Shown: positions 50,262-56,818, counted from the first letter of the stretch. The stretch is DNA of 64,000 nt from a virus (IMGVR_UViG_3300021962_000028:32001-96000); one strand, 5' to 3'. Translations and numbers: made by a program. Notes: generated from the sequence alone by a model not told the origin.

Positions 50262-50920
50262 TACCCTACAACCCCCGTTAATTCATCTAAGTGATGGTCG
50301 TTACCAATTTCAGACACTTTGTCTCTGTGACGTAATAATGGAACTACTTCTCTCATAACGTTGTACGGTCTGAACTCAGGGTGTCCATCCATCCCCACAT
50401 CCATACGTTGACCTTTACCAAATCTCAAACTAGTCGGTAGGTGACAATGTCCGTGAAGGTGCATAACACCCTTGTTTAATCCGTCCCAAGAGCTAATTGG
50501 GTAGTGCATCAAACGGAATGTGTGTTCTGCAATTTTCAAAGTGTTATAATGTGAAACACTTTTGAAATAACCTTGGCATCCTTGTCGGTTGTTTTCAATG
50601 TGGTGGTCGTGATTACCAAGAATAAGGTGAATGTTTTTACAAACAATTCGGTCCCAAAATTCTTTAATAGATTCAAACCCACCAAATGACCAGTCTCCAA
50701 GACAGATTAAGATGTCGTCTTGCATAACATTTTCATTAATGTTATTTACGATTGACGCATTCATTTTATCTAACGATTCAAAATCACGAGTCTGTGAAAT
50801 TGGAATCGACCCGTCAGGCATACGCCAATTTGTAGTGCCACGACATATGTTTTTGTGATTGTAATGTGGGTCTGAAAAAATCCACACATTACCTTTAAAA
50901 TCTTTATCTATTTTAATCAT
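50261..50920 (-). CDS. Calcineurin-like metallophosphoesterase
   Basis: SDPH, LGD, GNHD, HYP, HGHCH. Confidence 0.92.
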   Translation of the reverse strand: MIKIDKDFKGNVWIFSDPHYNHKNICRGTTNWRMPDGSIPISQTRDFESLDKMNASIVNNINENVMQDDILICLGDWSFGGFESIKEFWDRIVCKNIHLILGNHDHHIENNRQGCQGYFKSVSHYNTLKIAEHTFRLMHYPISSWDGLNKGVMHLHGHCHLPTSLRFGKGQRMDVGMDGHPEFRPYNVMREVVPLLRHRDKVSEIGNDHHLDELTGVVG

Positions 50921-50921
50921 C

Positions 50922-51383
50922 TTATTCCGCTAATTTCTTATTACTAAATTCTTTAATACCTGTAACCTCATATAATATTTCCTTCTCAATATATCTTGGA
51001 AAACTGATTTTATCGTTTAGGTCTTTTAATTCGACCTCTAAGATTATTATGTTAATTCCGTTATACTTGTCAATCTCAAATTTATGTCCCTTATATTTAA
51101 TTACGGTTCTTGTTTTATTTATATGTAACGAATTACTTAAATTTAATTCATTAAACTCTTCTTGAGTCAATGTTATCTCCTCCTCCTGATTAACACCTTT
51201 AGAGATATTTGTTTTTTTTGTTTTGAATATCTGTACGTCACCTGTAGGGGTCTCAACTTGATATCTATAACGATACCCATCTGAATGATACCACTGTTCA
51301 ATTTGATAAACAGTGTTAATTCTTTCTAATCTTGGGAATCTTTTTAACAAAAATTTTCGTTCTATCTCTTTAAATGTTTTCAT
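50922..51383 (-). CDS. CYTH-domain (triphosphate tunnel) protein
   Basis: EIERKFL, KTR, FEID, LEVE, EVTG. Confidence 0.85.
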   Translation of the reverse strand: MKTFKEIERKFLLKRFPRLERINTVYQIEQWYHSDGYRYRYQVETPTGDVQIFKTKKTNISKGVNQEEEITLTQEEFNELNLSNSLHINKTRTVIKYKGHKFEIDKYNGINIIILEVELKDLNDKISFPRYIEKEILYEVTGIKEFSNKKLAE

Positions 51384-51868
51384 ACTAATTCCATTTCTTT
51401 TTTAAACCATTTAGGTGTTTCTCGATTTTTCCATACCGCGAATCCTGATTTTGCACCAATATAATAATTTCGATACGATTCAACAACGGATTTAACTTTA
51501 TACTCGTCAGGCATTGCTTTTGGTGGTTCAGTAAATCCTTTGTCACAAATGTTTGGTTTATTTGTTACACACCACTCAATCACATCCTGTGATTTATGTC
51601 GTTTTTCATATCGGTAAGTATACTCTTTACACAACTCTAAACCCAGTTCACAAAGATACAAATAATTTGTCAAACTTTCACGAGTCCATATCGCACAAGG
51701 ATGATTTTTATGTGATAATTTGTAAGGAACTTGTGGGGTAACTTGTGGGGTTAAATGGTGAACACCACACAATAATTGAGCGGTTTCAAGTATCATTTTA
51801 ACTACGTGTTTATCACAATGATATTCCGCACATTTTTTTAAATCAAAATCAAGAAAAAATATATTCAT
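51380..51868 (-). CDS. Pyrimidine-dimer DNA glycosylase/DenV-family protein
   Basis: MNIFFLD...HCDKHVVKMILETAQLL, HKNHPC, EYTYRY, YRNYY. Confidence 0.75.
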   Translation of the reverse strand: MNIFFLDFDLKKCAEYHCDKHVVKMILETAQLLCGVHHLTPQVTPQVPYKLSHKNHPCAIWTRESLTNYLYLCELGLELCKEYTYRYEKRHKSQDVIEWCVTNKPNICDKGFTEPPKAMPDEYKVKSVVESYRNYYIGAKSGFAVWKNRETPKWFKKEMELV

Positions 51869-52101
51869 TATGTATTAAATTGTTCCCACCAAGTAGGAAT
51901 GTTAACTAATATGGCAACCTCAACAATTACCATTAAAACTCTACCGAAAGTTGTTGTAAACGCCCACCAATGAAATGGATTAAAGTCCCAAGCTATAAAA
52001 CTACCAAGTAGGTAAAAAATCCCGTTAGCTATTACTAACGGGAGTGTTATCATCCAAATCACTTCTAAAAATGCGTTTATTTTATACTTCAACTTTTCCA
52101 T
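51868..52101 (-). CDS. Small membrane protein
   Basis: Two hydrophobic helices. Confidence 0.7.
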   Translation of the reverse strand: MEKLKYKINAFLEVIWMITLPLVIANGIFYLLGSFIAWDFNPFHWWAFTTTFGRVLMVIVEVAILVNIPTWWEQFNT

Positions 52102-52102
52102 A

Positions 52103-52543
52103 TTATACTGTGTGTTCTATTTGTACTCTAATACAATCTTGAGGTAATCGATTGATATGTCGGTAGTTATTAATATACCCCATCATATTTGCACTGCCAA
52201 TAGCATTCGCAGAGTGGACTACAACGTTCACAACAGGTTTACCGTCCATCCATTGTTCCACTAACCATTTAGTACAATCCATACCTGTTTTTTCGGTGAT
52301 GTTATCGTAGTTCAATTCGTAGTTATGGTAAACATTTTTATGCCACTCCGCCATTGCAGTGTCACCTAAATCGTGGTCCAAAGAAATCAAACTAATATTT
52401 TCCAATCCAATCTCGGTCACTTTTTCTACAAATTCATCGTAAGAACGAACAACAACCCATTGGTCTTTTTCAACAGGAGTTCTTACATCATCCAAATATA
52501 TTCTTTGTTTCATACTATAATTTTTTTTACTAATTTTCTTCAT
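52103..52543 (-). CDS. Cyclic-phosphate-processing receiver-fold (cREC) domain protein
   Basis: IYLDDVR, SLDHDLG, TGMDC, VHSAN..G motifs. Confidence 0.8.
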   Translation of the reverse strand: MKKISKKNYSMKQRIYLDDVRTPVEKDQWVVVRSYDEFVEKVTEIGLENISLISLDHDLGDTAMAEWHKNVYHNYELNYDNITEKTGMDCTKWLVEQWMDGKPVVNVVVHSANAIGSANMMGYINNYRHINRLPQDCIRVQIEHTV

Positions 52544-52559
52544 TTGACAAATATATGGA

Positions 52560-53060
52560 TTAACTACCAACTTTCCAAGCGAAGTTTACAATCTTTCTTT
52601 TTTTAACTGCGTCTTCAGTATTACCAATAACAACACCATCTTTAATTGTAAACGCGTGTCTACTAACACACATAACATAAGTTCCTTTTGGGTATTTTTT
52701 AATAAAAGTACCTACGGTCATTTTACGATTAACTTTCTTACCTTTTACTGTAACAGTATACTCAAGAGTGTTGAAAGACGAATGTTCAATAGGTTTCCCC
52801 ATTTCTTTACAACATTTACGACCAATACGAACACGGTCTTTAGCGAATTTATTCATTCCAGGAATGAATCCAAAAGTACCTTGTCTTGGTTTACGTCCAA
52901 ATTTATCAGCAACAAATTTATGAGCCTTATCATATTCAATATCAAATGCCGATGCTATCGCACGAACAACACAGTCATTAGTTTCAGATTTTGCGATAGA
53001 AGAATTATCATAACCTTTAATCGCTTCGGATGTCTTACAGTATGGTAGTTGATTTTTCAT
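52560..53060 (-). CDS. Hypothetical phage protein (DCVVRA motif)
   Basis: NDCVVRAI...HAFTIKDG; possible Cys-His papain-like fold. Confidence 0.7.
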   Translation of the reverse strand: MKNQLPYCKTSEAIKGYDNSSIAKSETNDCVVRAIASAFDIEYDKAHKFVADKFGRKPRQGTFGFIPGMNKFAKDRVRIGRKCCKEMGKPIEHSSFNTLEYTVTVKGKKVNRKMTVGTFIKKYPKGTYVMCVSRHAFTIKDGVVIGNTEDAVKKRKIVNFAWKVGS

Positions 53061-53105
53061 AAGACAAAGATATGAAGAATATTTTAATTGGCAAAGAAAA
53101 ATATG

Positions 53106-53191
53106 CGGAAGATGAGGGGCTCGAACCCTCGCGACTTTAACATCCTACCTGTTTAGCAAACAGGCCCCTTCACCAACTTGGGTAATCTTCC
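53106..53191 (-). tRNA. tRNA-Ser(GCT)
   Basis: Cloverleaf; CCTGT-TTGCTAA-ACAGG; long variable arm. Confidence 0.92.
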
Positions 53192-53196
53192 AATAG

Positions 53197-53268
53197 TAGT
53201 CCCTGAGGGATTCGAACCCCCACTAAAACATCCGTAGTGTTTCGTGCTCTCCGTTACACCAAGAGACT
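53197..53268 (-). tRNA. tRNA-Arg(ACG)
   Basis: AAACA-CTACGGA-TGTTT; GGTTCGAATCC. Confidence 0.9.
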
Positions 53269-53274
53269 GTACAT

Positions 53275-53478
53275 CTAATTAAAGGTATATTTCATATCTT
53301 CATTAAAGATAAAAACATTACCTTCTTGAGTTATACCTAACTTACTCAAAACAATATTAAATTCTTCTTGAGTGAAAAATTTAGATTGTACCAACCTGTA
53401 ATACGAGTTTAATAAATCAACTATCTCAGGTTCTGAAATTTGATGGGTGTTTAATAATTCATTTAATTTGTCTGTCAT
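53275..53478 (-). CDS. Hypothetical protein (67 aa, MTDKLNELL...)
   Basis: AT-rich 3' part of ORF 53275..53628; start reassigned to 53478. Confidence 0.6.
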   Translation of the reverse strand: MTDKLNELLNTHQISEPEIVDLLNSYYRLVQSKFFTQEEFNIVLSKLGITQEGNVFIFNEDMKYTFN

Positions 53479-53504
53479 ATATTTTAGGATTTTAAGTGTC
53501 AGAA

Positions 53505-53913
53505 TAAAAAGGTCCTGAATCATCCCTCCGCCTTCTGAGGAGAACCTTTTAGTTTTTAGTATAGTTTGGCGTTCATAGTATCCCACACCGATATGACTAA
53601 GATTCGTTAGCCCATAGTAACCATCCACGGTGGGTCTGTACTCTCACCCATATTTCAGGGTTACCCTCAGAACATCTTCACCCTACCCCCAAAGTTACGT
53701 GGCGAGTCTCACTCGGAAGACAGAGTGTGTATTGTAAGATTGTTCAGTGTTCTTACAACTTGTGGATTGTATTACGACTAATTAAAGCCCCTCACCCCCT
53801 TAATCCATAATGGGGAATCCTTGTTTGTTTGTGTAGCCTCCCCCATAGCCTTGAAGCCTTCAAGTCAGGTTCACACTCCATAACGGTAGGATATTTCCGT
53901 TAATCGTGGGGTC
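53505..53913 (-). ncRNA. Unidentified structured RNA(s), ~410 nt
   Basis: GC-enriched non-coding region with many hand-identified helices between tRNA-Ser and the next ORF. Confidence 0.55.
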
Positions 53914-53918
53914 TTTTG

Positions 53919-54003
53919 CGGAGGAAGTAGGATTCGAACCTACGGTACCTTGCGGTACGCTAGTTTTCAAGACTAGTGCAATCGACCACTCTGCCATTCC
54001 TCC
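53919..54003 (-). tRNA. tRNA-Ser(TGA)
   Basis: CTAGT-CTTGAAA-ACTAG; long variable arm. Confidence 0.93.
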
Positions 54004-54005
54004 AA

Positions 54006-54099
54006 TTTAGGTCGTCACGAACCCATCTGTGACTTATTACTAGATACTTGTAGTTTACTTACTATAGTTTAATCCGTTACTACAAGGGAACCCAACCTA
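54006..54099 (-). ncRNA. Unidentified ~93-nt structured RNA
   Basis: Closing stem TAGGTTG/CGACCTA; internal stems CTTGTAGT/ACTACAAG and GTCAC/GTGAC. Confidence 0.55.
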
Positions 54100-54102
54100 T
54101 CG

Positions 54103-54176
54103 GGTGACTAACGGGAATCGAACCCGTGACAACTTGAACCACAATCAAGTGCTCTGCCTACTGAGCTATAGCCACC
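54103..54176 (-). tRNA. tRNA-His(GTG) with G-1
   Basis: CTTGA-TTGTGGT-TCAAG. Confidence 0.93.
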
Positions 54177-54182
54177 ATATTA

Positions 54183-54388
54183 ATCGTTCAATCATTTTTG
54201 ACTGTCCCCAATACCGAATTTCAGCGGCAACTCACTTTTGTGAGGGGTTAGAACTTGTGTGTTAACTTACTCCTGTTACTGGTACACTAACCAACCGACT
54301 TAGACTCAAGTAATCGGCTCAGGTCCCTATGGTTGTAACACCACTTCTCATCATTCGGGAGCAAACTAGTCGTGTACTACTCGACTCG
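54183..54388 (-). ncRNA. Unidentified ~200-nt structured RNA
   Basis: Non-coding and GC-enriched; helices AGTCG/CGACT, TTGCTCC/GGAGTAA, GCCGATT/AGTCGGT, CTCAC/GTGAG. Confidence 0.5.
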
Positions 54389-54390
54389 TG

Positions 54391-54492
54391 TAGTCAGGAC
54401 AGGATTCGAACCTATTCCGTCTTTGCCATAAAGAGTCATCCGTACTGTTACTCAACCTTGGGGAGGTGACACCAACCAATGGTCTCCTGACT
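54391..54492 (-). ncRNA. tRNA-like RNA A (canonical acceptor and T arm, expanded non-canonical anticodon/variable region)
   Basis: AGTCAGG/CCTGACT-A acceptor; ATAGG-TTCGAAT-CCTGT; ~102 nt. Confidence 0.7.
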
Positions 54493-54497
54493 ATTTG

Positions 54498-54631
54498 TAA
54501 TCAAGGTCGGACTCGAACCGAATACCGTTCAAGACGGATTAGACAACCTTACGACTCCATAGACCCCACAAGTGTCTGGGACTATTGGTCTTGGGGACTC
54601 GGGCACCGTCCCTCATTACGCCCACTTGATT
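54498..54631 (-). ncRNA. tRNA-like RNA B (~134 nt with large insertion)
   Basis: AATCAAG/CTTGATT-A acceptor; TCGG-TTCGAGT-CCGA T arm; ~80-nt structured middle. Confidence 0.7.
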
Positions 54632-54706
54632 ATTTACCCCACTTCACCAGGTTAACGGACTGGCTGCCATATGGGAGTGGGGGTTTCCCGTTAATTCGGG
54701 ACTCCG

Positions 54707-54779
54707 TGGAACGGGGCGGAATCGAACCGCCGACACCTTGCTCTTCAGGCAAGTGCTCTACCAACTGAGCTACCGTTCC
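54707..54779 (-). tRNA. tRNA-Phe(GAA)
   Basis: CTTGC-CTGAAGA-GCAAG. Confidence 0.93.
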
Positions 54780-54784
54780 AAGTA

Positions 54785-54921
54785 TGATAATGATGGAGTA
54801 CCCGTCTCGCTCCAATCTTAACTGCTTTCCTGAGTTTTAGGAGGCCTCGGCAGAAAGGGTGATGAACTATTTTTCCATTCGGAATTGTCGACATTCCATT
54901 GAATGGTAAGAACCATTATCA
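54785..54921 (-). ncRNA. Unidentified ~137-nt structured RNA
   Basis: Closing stem TGATAATG/CATTATCA enclosing three hairpins. Confidence 0.55.
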
Positions 54922-54933
54922 ATATTTTAAAAA

Positions 54934-55159
54934 TTGGTGAGACCTTAAGATTTACTCATTCGTGGGTCACCCCATCCGTTCTACCTAGACCTCGCCTTTA
55001 ACATCCGTTCTACCCAAACCATCGTTTTTACCTGTTAACCTTTCGGAAAACTTTGAGTACCTCCTCAATGAGTTAATCTGATAGGGGCTCCATCTTGCTC
55101 GTCATTTCTGACTCCCTATGGGGTTCTGCTGATATAGGTCTATCTGCTATCTTACCAAT
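54934..55159 (-). ncRNA. Unidentified ~226-nt structured RNA
   Basis: Closing stem ATTGGTAAGA/TCTCACCAAT; long helix AGATTAACTCATT/AATGAGTAAATCT; repeated GGTAGAACGGATG. Confidence 0.6.
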
Positions 55160-55166
55160 CTAATTA

Positions 55167-55269
55167 TTCAAAGAACTCTTTTGACAGGGGAGTAGGTCAC
55201 CAACTTACCAACTACCTACCCCCCTTCAACCACATTACAAATGTACGGCAAATTATTTAATTCTCCAAA
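55167..55269 (-). promoter_or_regulatory. Internal promoter, leader hairpin and boxA-like motif
   Basis: TTTG-N20-TACATTTG (55269-55238), GGGGGGTAGGT/ACCTACTCCCC hairpin, GTTCTTTGAA (55176-55167). Confidence 0.6.
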
Positions 55270-55278
55270 CATTTTTTG

Positions 55279-55350
55279 TAGTTCCTGTAGGATTCGAACC
55301 TACGACAACTTGTATGTAAAACAAGGGCTCTTCCACTGAGCTAAGGAACT
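55279..55350 (-). tRNA. tRNA-Val(TAC)
   Basis: CTTGT-TTTACAT-ACAAG. Confidence 0.92.
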
Positions 55351-55356
55351 GTTAAG

Positions 55357-55428
55357 TACCGATGGGAAGAATTGAACTTCCGACACCTTCCGTATGAAAG
55401 AAGTGCTCTACCACTGAGCTACATCGGT
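55357..55428 (-). tRNA. tRNA-Met(CAT), probably elongator
   Basis: CTTCT-TTCATAC-GGAAG; paired 1:72. Confidence 0.85.
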
Positions 55429-55482
55429 ATTTTGGTGGACGTAGACTCATCACCTACTCTTGGGTTTCCACCGAACCCCTTG

Positions 55483-55553
55483 TTGTCCCTGAAGGATTCG
55501 AACCTCCACCGCGTGGACCAAAACCACGTGTCCTGCCATTAGACCAAAGGACA
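55483..55553 (-). tRNA. tRNA-Gln(TTG)
   Basis: CGTGG-TTTTGGT-CCACG. Confidence 0.93.
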
Positions 55554-55609
55554 GTTTGACTGTTTTTCCGATATTTATAGACTGGCATAAACCTTTAATC
55601 AAATTTATA

Positions 55610-55774
55610 ATGACTAAAGAACAAATCCAAGGTATCGTTAGACACGCACTTACTTTTGTGGGTGGTATCCTGATTATGAAAGGTCTTGCAACTGATTCAA
55701 CAGTTCAAGAACTTATCGGAGCTGCAGTTACATTAGTTGGTGGTGTATGGTCAATTATTGCTAAACAGAAATAA
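55610..55774 (+). CDS. Small two-TM holin-like protein
   Basis: MTKEQIQGIVRHALTFVGG...GGVWSIIAK; TATTTATA at 55572; terminator downstream. Confidence 0.7.
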   Translation: MTKEQIQGIVRHALTFVGGILIMKGLATDSTVQELIGAAVTLVGGVWSIIAKQK

Positions 55775-55793
55775 TTGATAACGACCTAATCGA

Positions 55794-55821
55794 AAAAGAG
55801 GGGATTTATATCCCCTTTTTT
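55794..55821 (+). terminator. Intrinsic terminator (possibly bidirectional)
   Basis: AGGGGAT-TTAT-ATCCCCTTTTTT. Confidence 0.8.
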
Positions 55822-55827
55822 ATTTTG

Positions 55828-55908
55828 TGGGAGTGGAGGGATTCGAACCCCCAATGTCGTAAGACCACTGATTTACAGTCAGCTAAGCAACCGTTGCTCA
55901 ACACTCCC
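55828..55908 (-). tRNA. tRNA-Tyr(GTA)
   Basis: GCTGA-CTGTAAA-TCAGT; variable arm. Confidence 0.92.
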
Positions 55909-55911
55909 AAT

Positions 55912-56040
55912 TTAGGAAAACAGAAGATGGTTCAGTGGACATCTGTTTTTACGATTAGCGTTACTCGGGTGAATACCTGCAAACTCCGATTATATTAGTC
56001 AGTATTCACTCTCGAACTATCAATACAATCATTCCCTAAT
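55912..56040 (-). ncRNA. Unidentified ~128-nt structured RNA
   Basis: TTAGGGAA/TTTCCTAA closing stem; GTGAATAC/GTATTCAC; AAACAG/CTGTTT. Confidence 0.5.
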
Positions 56041-56056
56041 CAACCTAATTTTTTTG

Positions 56057-56128
56057 CGGCCAGGGAGAATTACGATATCTCGACCTATCGCTTAACAGGC
56101 GATTGCTCTTCCTCTGAGCTACCTGGCC
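56057..56128 (-). tRNA. tRNA-Asn(GTT), atypical T loop
   Basis: ATCGC-CTGTTAA-GCGAT; T loop ATCGTAA. Confidence 0.85.
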
Positions 56129-56133
56129 ATTTG

Positions 56134-56206
56134 CACGCCTACCAAGATTCGAACTTGGAACAACAGTTTTGGAGACTGTGATGATAAACCGTTTCACCAT
56201 AGACGT
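56134..56206 (-). tRNA. tRNA-Trp(CCA)
   Basis: ACAGT-CTCCAAA-ACTGT. Confidence 0.9.
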
Positions 56207-56211
56207 ATTTG

Positions 56212-56283
56212 AGGTCGGTACAGGAATCGAACCTGTGTAGATAGTTTTGCAGACTATCGCCTAAACCACTCGGCCAACCGACC
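56212..56283 (-). tRNA. tRNA-Cys(GCA)
   Basis: ATAGT-CTGCAAA-ACTAT; U73. Confidence 0.92.
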
Positions 56284-56289
56284 CTATTG

Positions 56290-56364
56290 TGTCCCCGACA
56301 GGACTCGAACCTGTGACTCCCTCATTAAAAGTGAGGTGCTCTAAACCAACTGAGCTACGAAGAC
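56290..56364 (-). tRNA. tRNA-Lys(TTT)
   Basis: CCTCA-CTTTTAA-TGAGG. Confidence 0.93.
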
Positions 56365-56370
56365 ATTAAG

Positions 56371-56444
56371 TTGTCACAGATGGGCTCGAACCATCGACCT
56401 TTCGCGTATCAGGCGAACGCTCTAACCAACTGAGCTATGTGACA
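56371..56444 (-). tRNA. tRNA-Ile(GAT)
   Basis: TTCGC-CTGATAC-GCGAA. Confidence 0.92.
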
Positions 56445-56450
56445 ATGTTG

Positions 56451-56522
56451 TCGGGGTGGCGGGAGTCGAACCCGCCGCCTCGTGTTCCCAAAACACGCGT
56501 CTCTCCTCGAGACTACACCCCG
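56451..56522 (-). tRNA. tRNA-Pro(TGG)
   Basis: CGTGT-TTTGGGA-ACACG; C1:G72, A73. Confidence 0.92.
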
Positions 56523-56562
56523 TTTACTTTTCTTACCAATATGTCAAAGAACACTTTATTAC

Positions 56563-56595
56563 AAAAAAAAATCCTGAACTTTTTGAGTTCAGGAC
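56563..56595 (-). terminator. Attenuator terminator 2
   Basis: TCCTGAACT-CAAAA-AGTTCAGGA-T9 between leader 2 and tRNA-Pro. Confidence 0.9.
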
Positions 56596-56631
56596 TTTGA
56601 TATATTTGTTGTATGTTTTTCTAAAATTACA

Positions 56632-56742
56632 TTACACTAAATCATCATTAACTGAACTTGTATGCGAAATACGCGGATACGAACAATTACTAAATTGTTG
56701 TTTCCAAATCACGACGTTCATATGTTTATTAGTGTTTTTCAT
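56632..56742 (-). CDS. Leader peptide 2, MKNTNKHMNVVIWKQQFSNCSYPRISHTSSVNDDLV (not in ORF track)
   Basis: Manual translation; lies between a consensus promoter and the terminator; codons match the downstream tRNA set. Confidence 0.8.
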   Translation of the reverse strand: MKNTNKHMNVVIWKQQFSNCSYPRISHTSSVNDDLV

Positions 56743-56787
56743 TTTTTCTATTTGTTGTGGTATCTCTACCTGTTTCTATAATTACTA

Positions 56788-56818
56788 CAAAGTTACGAAA
56801 AATTACGTAATTGTCAAA
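56788..56818 (-). promoter_or_regulatory. Bacteroidota promoter for leader 2/tRNA block 2
   Basis: TTTG-N19-TAACTTTG. Confidence 0.8.

Noticed and set aside
53479-53628. 5' extension of ORF 53275-53628
   Set aside because: Runs through GC-rich structured RNA; ATG 53478 in an A/T-rich context is the more plausible start.
53830-54705. HDV-like (theta) ribozymes at tRNA 3' ends
   Set aside because: Could not build the nested double pseudoknot with the conserved L3 and catalytic C by eye; left as unidentified RNAs.
53505-55159. RNase P RNA, SRP RNA or group I intron
   Set aside because: Did not find the GAGGAAAGTCC/AACAGAA P4 motifs, the SRP domain IV motif or a group I P7 core.
54934-55159. 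CsrB-like RNA suggested by ACGGATG repeats
   Set aside because: Only two copies, not in obvious hairpin loops, and CsrA is not typical of the inferred host phylum.
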